Below, in pieces: positions 1 through 10,201 of a DNA stretch of 64,000 nucleotides; position 1 is the first letter of the stretch, and each line of letters begins with the position of its first letter. The stretch is taken from the NCBI GenBank assembly GCA_025603075.1, contig MU626267.1, forward strand, positions 145,454 through 209,453, given 5' to 3'. A program made the position numbers and the translations under genes. The notes beneath the pieces were generated by a model. It was given only the letters and a program-made list of their open reading frames with translations, ran no database searches and was not told the origin of the DNA. This DNA comes from Neoconidiobolus thromboides FSU 785 (lineage: Eukaryota; Fungi; Entomophthoromycota).

Positions 1-155
1 TCTGAAGTAGCAACCTCCAGTAGTAGTAGAATGAGGCAAGATTTAAGTGGATGGCAGTAACAAAAATTACCATCATCAAATTAAAATTCAGACTACGCAA
101 TGGCTTAAAGTAATACAGAACAATGAAAGCAGTTTATTTTTAAAATTTAATTCAA

Positions 156-983
156 ATGGAAAAAATATTTAGTATTAATCAAATTCCAACATGGGGCTAT
201 GACTCTTTAGTCTATAACGAAGCTAGAAATAATGGACTTGATAGCAATCAATGTAAGAGCCAATCAAGTAATGGATACGAAAGTAGTTCAAGTAATTCTT
301 CCTCAGATGTAGATGACGAAGAAGAGTTAAATGAGAGTCAGCTTTTTACTGAAGGCCGTCAAGGTTCCAGTAACACGATATATAATGTCACATTACCTTT
401 TAAAAAATACAATTATGAGCCCGATTTTTATATTAATTCTAAAGTGTCAATATGGAAAGGAGATATAACAAAATTGAACGTGGATGTTATTGTAAACGCA
501 ACTACTTTTAAGATATTACACGGGTATGGTGTCACTAAGGCCATCGTTGACGCTGGAGGACCAGAATTTGTTGCTGAATGTAAATTGATTGGGGGTTGTG
601 GAGTTGGGGACGTTTGCATTACTAAAGGGTATAGATTACCGGCAAAACATGTCATACATACTGTTGGTCCAGCATACCAAATTAACGATAAGTTGAAATC
701 TTGTTATGTTAAAAGCTTGGAACTTGCTTCTAGCTTAGACCCTCCAGTAAGCTCAATTGCTTTTCCATGTATATCTACAGGCATCAATCGATTCCCTAAT
801 TTATCCGCAGCTAATATAGCTTTGAATTCGGTTTCTTCTTGGTTAAGAACTCATCCAGAAACTAGCATTAAGAGAGTAATATTTTGTACCTATTTAAAAA
901 CAGACCAAGAAATTTATTATGATCGAATTTCAACTTATTTTCCGGTTACTCTGCCAAAGTTTGGTACCTTTGCTTTTCATTAA
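156..983 (+). CDS. Macrodomain (MacroD/ADP-ribose-binding type) protein, paralogue 1, non-canonical active-site loops
   Basis: Single-exon 275-aa ORF with WKGDITKL, IVNA, GYRLPAKHVIHTVGP and IAFPCISTG motifs of MacroD-class domains. Confidence 0.92.
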   Translation: MEKIFSINQIPTWGYDSLVYNEARNNGLDSNQCKSQSSNGYESSSSNSSSDVDDEEELNESQLFTEGRQGSSNTIYNVTLPFKKYNYEPDFYINSKVSIWKGDITKLNVDVIVNATTFKILHGYGVTKAIVDAGGPEFVAECKLIGGCGVGDVCITKGYRLPAKHVIHTVGPAYQINDKLKSCYVKSLELASSLDPPVSSIAFPCISTGINRFPNLSAANIALNSVSSWLRTHPETSIKRVIFCTYLKTDQEIYYDRISTYFPVTLPKFGTFAFH

Positions 984-1411
984 TATTTATTTCCTTATAT
1001 AAATATGGTTCCGTATTATAACCTTAAAATTAGTAGCTGTTTTTAGTTTTACTTTGATTAACTATGAACTTTAATTTTAATACTAGAAATAATAAAAGTA
1101 AAGAGGCGGTGCTAAAAATGCGATCACAAAAGTACTGAGATCTTGTGTAGCATGATGTTATAACCTTAAAGCTTATAGAATTAAGTTTATATATTTACAA
1201 AGTTTTTAATATCTTTTGTCTATAAAGCTTTAACTATTTTAAAAAGCTTATTTTACTATTATTTGATAGATATCAAAGTATTGTTTTTAGTTATAAGATA
1301 TTAATATTATTAGATTGTAGAATGTTTAATGTCCTAACGTTATTACGATTTGATGTATTTCTTATCTATATATAACATTTTTATTAAAATATCTATTAAA
1401 TTAACTTTATT

Positions 1412-2041
1412 TCAAGAGGTAAAAAATAAGATATAGTAAGTTATTGTTGAAGGCTTATTAATTTCCCTTTTAAAATCATTTTTTTCTAAAATAATAGAAA
1501 GATAAGAAACCATAGGCTTAGGCGAATGAGGGGAGTTAACTTTAAGAGTCAAAGAACCGTCAGTATTTTGAACCTCATCAAAAGCATTAGAAGGTCCAGT
1601 GATTGAATATAAAGGATCCTTATGATTAATCGCATCGTAATCCTCAATAATAAAATCATCAGTTACCATAACTACATATGTAATCATTTCACCTAATCCA
1701 TTAAACATTAATAAAGAAAATTGTTGGCTTGGGCCAGTGAATTTCACTTGACGCATCATATTTGGGTTTACTGGAGTTGGGATGTTTAACGTTACTAATA
1801 AGGTGGTGATATTCTTTTCACTGTTATTAATTAGTTCAAAATTTTCTTTATGACTTGTAAAAAAATGACGCCCAGTTGGCCATGGACTTGTATCGTTTTT
1901 CGCTATTAATCCATTACCATTCGTTTCTATAAATTTATGCCTTATAGGGGCCTCAGGATTCTTATAATCTAAACCCTTGATTTGAAATTTAGCTGCAACG
2001 AGCCTTAAATATAGTAGGACTAAAGAAATAGATAAAAACAT
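1412..2041 (-). CDS. Secreted protein of unknown function
   Basis: 209-aa ORF with hydrophobic N-terminal signal peptide (MFLSISLVLLYLRLVAA), N-x-S/T sequons and a short hydrophobic C-terminus; no family recognised. Confidence 0.6.
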   Translation of the reverse strand: MFLSISLVLLYLRLVAAKFQIKGLDYKNPEAPIRHKFIETNGNGLIAKNDTSPWPTGRHFFTSHKENFELINNSEKNITTLLVTLNIPTPVNPNMMRQVKFTGPSQQFSLLMFNGLGEMITYVVMVTDDFIIEDYDAINHKDPLYSITGPSNAFDEVQNTDGSLTLKVNSPHSPKPMVSYLSIILEKNDFKREINKPSTITYYILFFTS

Positions 2042-3311
2042 TAGAAGAAGTTAAAGTGAAATATAATGATAATTATAGCTATAATATATAGTTGATTTAT
2101 TGTTTTATTTTTGTCAAACACTTAATTAGAATTTCAAAATTTTCCATTGAATATATTTCGATTTAAACTTGATTTTTCCAACTGAAAATTGAGTGGCACA
2201 TTTAATGTTAATTTAAAAATTAGTGTTTTAAACATTCAGTTAAATTATTTCAATTTTAAACTCAATTTTATAATATCATGATAAAATATTTATTATCGTA
2301 TATCGAGGTTAAGTGAAGAAGTAGAATAGTGGTTTGTTATATTTCTTTTGTAAGAAATAGTTAAATAGAAAATTCTTAGAATATCGGAGATTAACTCAGG
2401 ATAATAACAATAAATATAGCAATTTAACTCCATATTTTTTATAGTATACATTTTAAATTATTTATATATAAATGTTTCTAATATATGATATATATTTTAG
2501 TATAGCTTTTTTATAAAACATTACTTATTTAAAATCTCTATCTTTAATATCAACGTCATAAGAACAGCCTAATTAGACCTTAATTGCACCTTAGCTTTAG
2601 TAAAGATTGTAATCCTTAGTAGCTCTACCATTAGCTGTAATTACAGCACAAGGTTCTATTAAGAAGGCTTTAAATCATTAACCTTAGTAATGAAACTAAT
2701 TTTCATATCGAAAGTTAAGGAAAATTCTATGTGTTATTTTCATATGCTCAGGACTAGGATTAAAGCTCCTTTCGATAGAATGAGGGGTGGATTGCTTTTG
2801 AATATCATTAAAATAATAGCATTATATTTTAAATAAACATAGAATAGCCTAACATAACAAAGTTTATCAATATGCTAATATTGTAATTCGGCCCAAGTTA
2901 ATGCTTATTTCTAATCATCACGCGATTTTATTTAAATGACACAAATATAAAAAAGTTAGGGGATGGGGAATATAAAATTCTTAATGCAAGATTAGGTAAA
3001 AGTAGGTTTTAGATTTCAACCAATTAGATACATGAAATTCAGATTAATAAAAATAGTCAATTAATGATTGGGCGCATGTTTTAATTTTGAGTTAAATGAT
3101 TGGGAAGCAAAAAGGTAAAAGTTAAAGAAACAACTAGTAAGAAAGGGAGAAGTTATTTAATCAGGTACAAAGAGCAAAATGATTGAATAATTAGTTAAAA
3201 TTGGACCTGAAATTAGCTTTTATTTTCAAAAAAAATATTAACGCCCTTTAACCTTTTAATTATTTTAAGAGAAGTGCATTATTGTATATATATAGTCCAT
3301 AAAAGGTTAAA

Positions 3312-5014
3312 ATGCAAAGAATCTCAATCAACAACTTATGTAATCCAAAACCGGAGCCAAGCAATCAACGCGATGAGGAGATCGCTGCTGAAGCTTTGGA
3401 TAGTTTAAGGAATTCCAATGATTTAAACAACAGTCGTAAGTGATCAAAATTACTACTCTAGTTTGTTAATATTTACACTATCAATATGATACTCAATCGA
3501 ATTTATAAAAACAGATATTGACTCTTTTATCTTAGACTCGAGCAATGAAATACATCAAAATGACCATTTTTTAAATCGTGTGTCGAATTTGCCGTTAGTA
3601 AACTCAGCGCTAAGGGCTTATGAAAGCACTAAAGCCAATTCATTTGTTGTCAAAGTAAATTCAATTTATATTAAACTTAATTTATAAATATAGAGCATGA
3701 TAAATCAAAGGATAAATATTAAGACTGCGTTTTTAGTATGGTGCAGAAACGGTAGAAAGCTCAGTAAAATCCATTTGTATGCCTGTTATAAATAAACTTG
3801 AGCCACAGCTTGGTCAATTGGATGACTTTGCTTGTCGTCAACTTGATAAAGTAAGCCATATTGCATTTAGTGAAGCATTTTTTTAATGTTTTTAGTTGGA
3901 AAAACATTATTCCTCATTTATGGATAGCTCAACTCAACCACAGTTAAATGAACATAACCAGCAAAATGGTCATTATCCCGTTCATTCATCTGTACATCAA
4001 CCTTACCCTAAATTTGAAGATGGAAGTGAGCTACGCAATCGTAGAGTGATGGAACTCAGCGGAGGGGGACCAGCTTGTAATTTTATTAAAACTTTAAAAA
4101 CTCGATCTAATTTTGTGAATCTAGGTCAACCTTCGTATACGCCTCAGAGCAACGAAATCGCTAAACCAGCACCTCGTAGCCGTTGGCAACAAGTTGTTTT
4201 AGAAGCTGGTGTTACAGCTAGTGCTGGTGTTGCATTAGTTTCGGAAGAAAGTATGAAATGCCTTAGGTACTGCCAACAATGGCTTGCTGTAAGAATACTT
4301 TAGTCATAATTTTAATTTATCTAATTTTTTTAGTATGCATCTGCACATATTGAACAGCAAATTCAACTTTTAAGAAACTATCTTGTTTCGCTTGCTACTC
4401 CATCTAATTCGACTGCATTGTCTACTCGAGCATCGACTGCAGCGTTTTTATCAAACATTAAAAAAGAAGTAGTGGCAACTCTACGTAAAGTCATTGATGT
4501 AGTTGGTCGTTATGCTGGCTCTTGTTTGCCTGGAGATGCACGAAATAGTGTACGCAATTTTATTCTTAATTTACCTGGAAGATGGGCATCACTTAATATG
4601 CCATATTTAGAAAGTGATATTTCCACCCCATGCTCGTCCCCACTTCTTACACCAAACTCGTCTTGTCAAAACTCACCATCGCTTCTCACCCCTACCGAAC
4701 AAACAAACCGAGTTCTTACTTTAGCAACTGAATCGATGAACATGCTACATAACGTTGGTGGTATATTCAAGGAATCTGTCGAAAGAGCAGAAGGATGGCT
4801 TAGAGCGGTTGGAAGATCACCTAATCATACCAGTTATTTCCCAGAAAATGCACCTATGCCACAATTTTCTTTATTGCCACCACCTGTCTCTCGACCAAAT
4901 CAAAATTTCGGATCATCAAACTCATATTCAAATAATGATCATCAATGCAATAGCTATAATAATATAGAAATAGAGGAACATGCTAGACATGAAAGTTTAC
5001 CAGATATTGAATAA
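3312..5014 (+). CDS. OPI1: Opi1-family transcription factor (5 exons)
   Basis: ATG at 3312; GT-AG introns at about 3436-3535, 3655-3737, 3851-3895 and 4291-4332 join EEIAAEALDSL, RVSNLPLVNSALRAYE, YGAETVESSVK, SEESMKCLRYC and LRKVIDVVGRYAG..LP..AR..VR.FIL.LP.RW, all typical Opi1-domain motifs. Confidence 0.85.
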
Positions 5015-5648
5015 GTACCTGTTCTATTATTATTATTATTATTTACTGATTAATTTATTAATCATCTGCTAACTCTTATACATAATGCAATGTATTATAT
5101 TATTTTTAATGCATATGAATACAAATCTTGGTTTTATTCATATTGACATCTCCCTTGCTCCTATTTTAATGATCTCTTTTTTGTCTTTGCTTACAATTCT
5201 TATAAAAATTTGATTTGACTGAGAGATTTTTAGTGTTTTATATTCTTGTTTTATTTTAAATGTGTGCTAAATAAATATAACTTTTATGCTTAGATGTTGT
5301 TTTATTATTAGCCTTTATATGGAGTTATTTAATGTAATTTAAAATTAACCATAATAAGTAATTTGAAGTTATACCAATTATTGAAGAATAATAAATAAAC
5401 TTATCACTTTAATTTGTGTGATCGGATTTTAAGATTCAGATATTAGTATTATGTAAATTATGATTATTTAATTATCATATTTAGTTTAAATGCCTTTTGT
5501 AAAATAATATTGCATTTAAAAAAGAATTTTCTTGTACTGAAACCGATTAAGCATTAAAAAACGATTAAAGAGACTTTACCAGATTCCAAAGTAATTAAAA
5601 AAAAGTCCTATCCTAACAAAATAATGAGTTTAAGTGATTAGTTAATAA

Positions 5649-7137
5649 ATGGGGAAAAAGATTCTAAGAATCTATTATAATAAATTTATATTTACTAAAA
5701 TTAATGATGTATGCATCATCATCAGTAAGTCATCGAAATAAAAAGGAATTGATCAAGCAATAGGCTGATAAATACTATGGCAATATGGTTTTTATTTGTC
5801 TGAAGTAAATAAGGAGGAAAACAATTCAAAACAAAAAGTTGGAGCTAAAGGAGATAAAAATTCAAATGTGACCAAGAACAATAGAAATATTAAATGTAAC
5901 AAAAAAATAAGAATAGTAAAGATAGCGATCTATCTGTTTTTATTGTTATTGACTTAGTTTTAAACATGTCAAAATCATATAGGCGTATAATCTAAAAAAG
6001 AAGATGGTTTATTGAATTCCAATAAAGCAGTAGAAAACTCGACTTGCCCAAGTACTGCTCAGCAAGATCATAGAACTGATAGTAATAACTATAACAAGAG
6101 GAATAATAGATATTGAAATTATGATACAATGGTTTAGTTTATCTTTTTGTACATAATGAAAAAATTGAACCATATATACATAACTCTATTTTAAAATTAA
6201 AATCAGGTACCTTAACTTCAAAGTAAGCAGAAGATTTTAGTGATGAATCAAGTAGATATGGTGCTGATATCAATAGGTATAATATAGCCTTTGATTACTA
6301 TGATTAGATAGTTTTTCATAAAAATGCCCAGTATGTATACGATACTGACTCTAATAACTATCCTAAGGGCACTGAAACCCACAATAATGGTTATGATTCT
6401 AGTATTTACAAGAACGATATTTATAACTACATCAATAGTGTTAATGAATTTGGCTATATTTTTCAATTATTTGAGATAAAAAATAACGAAGTAAAAAAAG
6501 AGCTAAGGATACAAAAGTAGTAAAAAAGTAGTAAAAAAGTTAAAAACCAAAGAAGGAAAGAAAAGAATAAAAATAGTCAGGGTCAATATCAACAAAATCA
6601 AGCGAACTTCAATTTAACTTTAAATTATAATGAAATGAATAATCACCTTCCAAGCAAAATGTAAGAAAATGGTACAAAGTTGGAAGAGATAAAAGAATAC
6701 TAGCATCTACTCATATATCAGATTTGAGGTATATTGATGGGCTTGGAGCTTACATAAATGTAGTATATAGGTATACTATAGGTGGTAAATTGGATTATGC
6801 CCCTGTTAATACTAATCTAGAAAACAAACTTTGTTCATCATTTAATTATACATCAGTTTTGGGATATAAAGATGAGTTTAAAGGCTTCAAAAATACACAA
6901 GGTAGCTATAGCATGTATGACAAGCTAAATTCTATTCCTAATAGTGCTAAACTTAGAAATAAGAATGTTGATGGTATTCATTCTAACAATAACAAGGATG
7001 ATCATAAAAAGGGTTTTGAGCGTAGCGATGTAAATAAGAAAGGCAGTTTTAATGCAGTTAAAAGTGATGGTGGTATGAGCTTTAGCACTTTATTTATTAT
7101 TCTCTCTATCCTTTATACCCTTTTATATGTAATGTAG
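5649..7137 (+). pseudogene. Decayed gene for an Asp/Asn/Tyr/Lys-rich surface protein with hydrophobic C-terminal tail
   Basis: Long coding-like frames broken by stops and frameshifts (e.g. K*AEDFSDESSRYGAD...YD*IVFHK); last segment ends SDGGMSFSTLFIILSILYTLLYVM*, which resembles a GPI signal or TM tail. Confidence 0.45.
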
Positions 7138-7843
7138 ATGAAGCTAGTATTCGTTGCATTTATAATGATTCCGCTTCTATCTATATTTCAATAGTTTCTG
7201 ATTTTGTTTGTGATATTATAAAGATTAGGGTAAGAATAAAATAATTTAATATTTTGAGTTTTTGATTTTATTTAATGCTAATGAAATATACGTTTTTTAC
7301 AGTTATCTATTAAATACATCCTCATATGCTATTTTCGTTATTCAGCTAATTTATGATAACTCAATTGTTATGTCGAGTTAAAAATCTCAGAATATTCTTA
7401 ACTATGTGTTATATTATTTAATAGCCCAAGTCAGGTTTTGATACGAACTGCTATATATATTAATGTTTTTTTGGTTTCATCACTTTCCTTACCTTCAATA
7501 TTTATTATTTTTTAGCTAAGCATCTAATTCAATGAGTAAAAACAAAAAGATAGCATTTAATTAGTATAATCGATTTACTGACTTCTACTTTTAGATAAAC
7601 ATCAATCTCAAAACAACATTATTCTGATTTATCATAAGTAAACTGGGTTTAATATAAAGATAAATAATCGTTCTAGTTAAATGTTAAAAGTATAATGCTG
7701 GTGAGAAAAGCAAATTGTTTCAAAAAATGAAAGTTGTCGAAAGAAAGGAACAAAAGATAAACTAGCTATTCATTTATTTCAAGAGGAAACCGATCTAATT
7801 ATATACTTATATCTTTATGCTTGTTAATAAATTGCGTACATAT

Positions 7844-8046
7844 GAGGATGTATTTTTATGTACAAACATTTTGGTGATAGTTTTTTCACTTAAAATAACA
7901 TTTGGGAGTGTTTTTTTCGACTTCATTATTTTTTCCATCTTTTAAGCGTTATTTGAGTGGAAAACTTGTTAGTAAAATTCTTAAACAAAAAAATATATCC
8001 CCATTTAACAGATGGAAAAAGTGACGAAGCCAAAAAAAACACTTCC
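7844..8046 (-). mobile_element. MITE copy (outer element, interrupted by a nested copy)
   Basis: ATAT|GAGGATGT...ACACTTCC|ATAT; interior matches the family consensus in reverse orientation once 7904-8006 is removed. Confidence 0.8.
7904..8002 (+). mobile_element. MITE copy nested inside another copy
   Basis: 99 bp, GGGAGTGT...ATATCCCC, flanked by direct ATTT repeats at 7900-7903 and 8003-8006. Confidence 0.88.
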
Positions 8047-8290
8047 ATATCCTTTTATTCAACTGAAGTGTGATTACTGGTTAAATTCTTTAATCTCTGA
8101 TGCCAAACTTGAGTAAACTGCATCTTTTATAAAAAAATTTCTTTATGGTGCTGTATGTAGATAGTTTTTCAGGTGTTATGTTTGATCTTAAACTTACAGC
8201 TACGTTAAGTGAAGAATTTTTTCAAATGTTTGATTAATTGTATTACAAAAAAATCAAGATTTTAAAACGTAAATCAAATCTAGTAAATGT

Positions 8291-8388
8291 GGAAGTGTTT
8301 TTTTTGGCTTCATTATTTTTCCATTTTTTAAGCGCTATTTAAGCGAAAAATTTGTTAGTAAAACTCCTAAACACAAAAATACATCCCC
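8291..8388 (+). mobile_element. MITE copy
   Basis: ATGT|GGAAGTGT...ACATCCCC|ATAT with the family interior (AAGCGCTATTTAAG core). Confidence 0.85.
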
Positions 8389-8732
8389 ATATACTATAAT
8401 TTTATCATAGTTTTGAGAAATAATTAAACAAACTGTATTATTAAAACAAAATGGTTATAATGTTATATTATAGCACTTATTGTTTTAAACTATCTTTGTT
8501 ATTTAACAAACAAGTAGTTTTATTTAAAGTATTTAGATCAAAATAATCTATATAAAACTGAAGTCCCAGCAAAACGTAATGAGCCAACCAGCAGCATTAA
8601 TGTACCTATTAACCATTATTTTGGCTAATGCAAAGTCACATTTGAAAACAAAAGCACTTCCATTTGTACTCATGTTAGAAGATATTATCAAATGCAACCA
8701 GATATAAAAATAGAAGCAATTTAGATCTTCAC

Positions 8733-9211
8733 AAAACACCCAAAGCTTTGTGAAATATCATTGTCAGTCCCATGATTAATTATAGTATAATAATCATTTA
8801 AGTTGTTGTGTTCTCAAGTTCAGAGAAAATCAATCCCACGTCCTTAGTTTGATTTGCTATGAGAATTTCTAACTTCATCCCAATGAATATCATCTTCTCA
8901 TTTTTGATATCCATACTTTTCAGAGTATAAAAAAGATTTTAGAGTATAGTAGCTCAAGGCTTTTTAACTGAATTATTCCCTGATATTTCATACATTCAAT
9001 AAAGCCACTAAGTTTTCTTAATACCATTTTACGTAGGTTTTACAGTATTATTGTCTATTCTATTTGTCTTACGTAGTCTGTAGCCTATTACGTGATATTC
9101 TTCATAATTCAAGCTTATCTTAGTCACATAAACTAAGACCTTTCGACTTATAATATAGTCAACCCAGCAATAGCTGTTCTTGACTCCAAACTCTGTGCAC
9201 CAGATTTCACA
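8733..9211 (-). repeat. Degenerate ~480-bp coding-like segment, copy A (paralogue at 26791-27270)
   Basis: Colinear similarity by eye to 26791-27270, including long identical tracts such as TTTGCTATGAGAATTTCTAACTTCAT and TAGTCACATAAACTAAGACCTTTCGACTTATA. Confidence 0.8.
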
Positions 9212-9611
9212 TAGTCTTTAGTGACAAAATCAGCTGAAGCTGATTAAATTCAAATAAAAATTATAGCTAAATTAATTACAAAACCGCAATTAGGTTTATA
9301 AATAATTTAAATGATTTATCATGCTATAATTAAAAAGCTGATAAAGTAATATTTTATATTATAAAATAATTAATTTTAACAAAATTAGCAAATATTTAAA
9401 AAAATAATTAAAAAAACAATCTAGTAGTTTGCAACTTTATAACTCAAGTTAACATTAACTTATTTTTTATTATTGTATTTAGGAGTCTTAAAATTTTTTC
9501 TGATCTCACTATTTTAAAAATGACAATTCTAAAATAATTGATTATTTTAAAAGAATTTATTCTCACCTTGTTATTCCACTATTGTTTTATATATTTGAAC
9601 TAAAAAAATAT

Positions 9612-9710
9612 GAGGACGTGTTTTTTTGTTTAAGAATTTCACTAACAATCTTTCCACTCAAATAACGCTTAAAAAAATGGAAAAAGTAATGATACCAAAA
9701 AAACATTCCC
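9612..9710 (-). mobile_element. MITE copy
   Basis: ATAT|GAGGACGT...ACATTCCC|ATAT, reverse-orientation interior. Confidence 0.85.
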
Positions 9711-9748
9711 ATATTTTATTAGAGGAATGTTAATTTTAACTATTATAT

Positions 9749-9846
9749 GGGGATGTTTTTTTTGATTTCATCACTTTCTCATTTTTTAAGCGCTATTTAA
9801 ACAGAAAGATTGTTAGTGAAATTCTTAAACAAAAAAGCACATCCCC
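9749..9846 (+). mobile_element. MITE copy
   Basis: ATAT|GGGGATGT...ACATCCCC|ATAT; perfect 8-bp terminal inverted repeat. Confidence 0.9.
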
Positions 9847-10201
9847 ATATTTCCCTATTTTAATTTAGCTTAAAGCATTAGAAAAAACACTTTCTAGAAT
9901 TAGTACCAAAGTAAGAAAACAAAATCTAGTAAGGGACAAAGCTGTAAGTATTGGCTACAAAGCATAAAAAACTAATCTTTCATCATTAATTTATAAAATA
10001 AACTGACTTTTATAAAAATGAGTTTCTTTATTTCTTTTCAACTTATTAAAGATAAATGAAATATCAACATTAACACATCAAGAAAAAAAAGAATTGATAA
10101 TAGGTTGGGTCGAGAAACATGATTGTATATCCAATTAATCCCTAATTGATTAGTTAAATGAGGAGCTGAATAATTCAGATAAAATTCAGCTTTTTAGGGA
10201 G

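Noticed and set aside
2540-2810. Minus-strand fragment reading CAVITANGRAT, faintly like a retroviral protease flap
   Set aside because: Too short and broken, with no supporting motif or repeat copy
9745-9850. Tc1/mariner-type reading of the MITE (TA|TGGGG...CCCCA|TA)
   Set aside because: It fits only the palindromic ATAT sites; the nested copy has ATTT on both sides and restores its host with a 4-bp duplication
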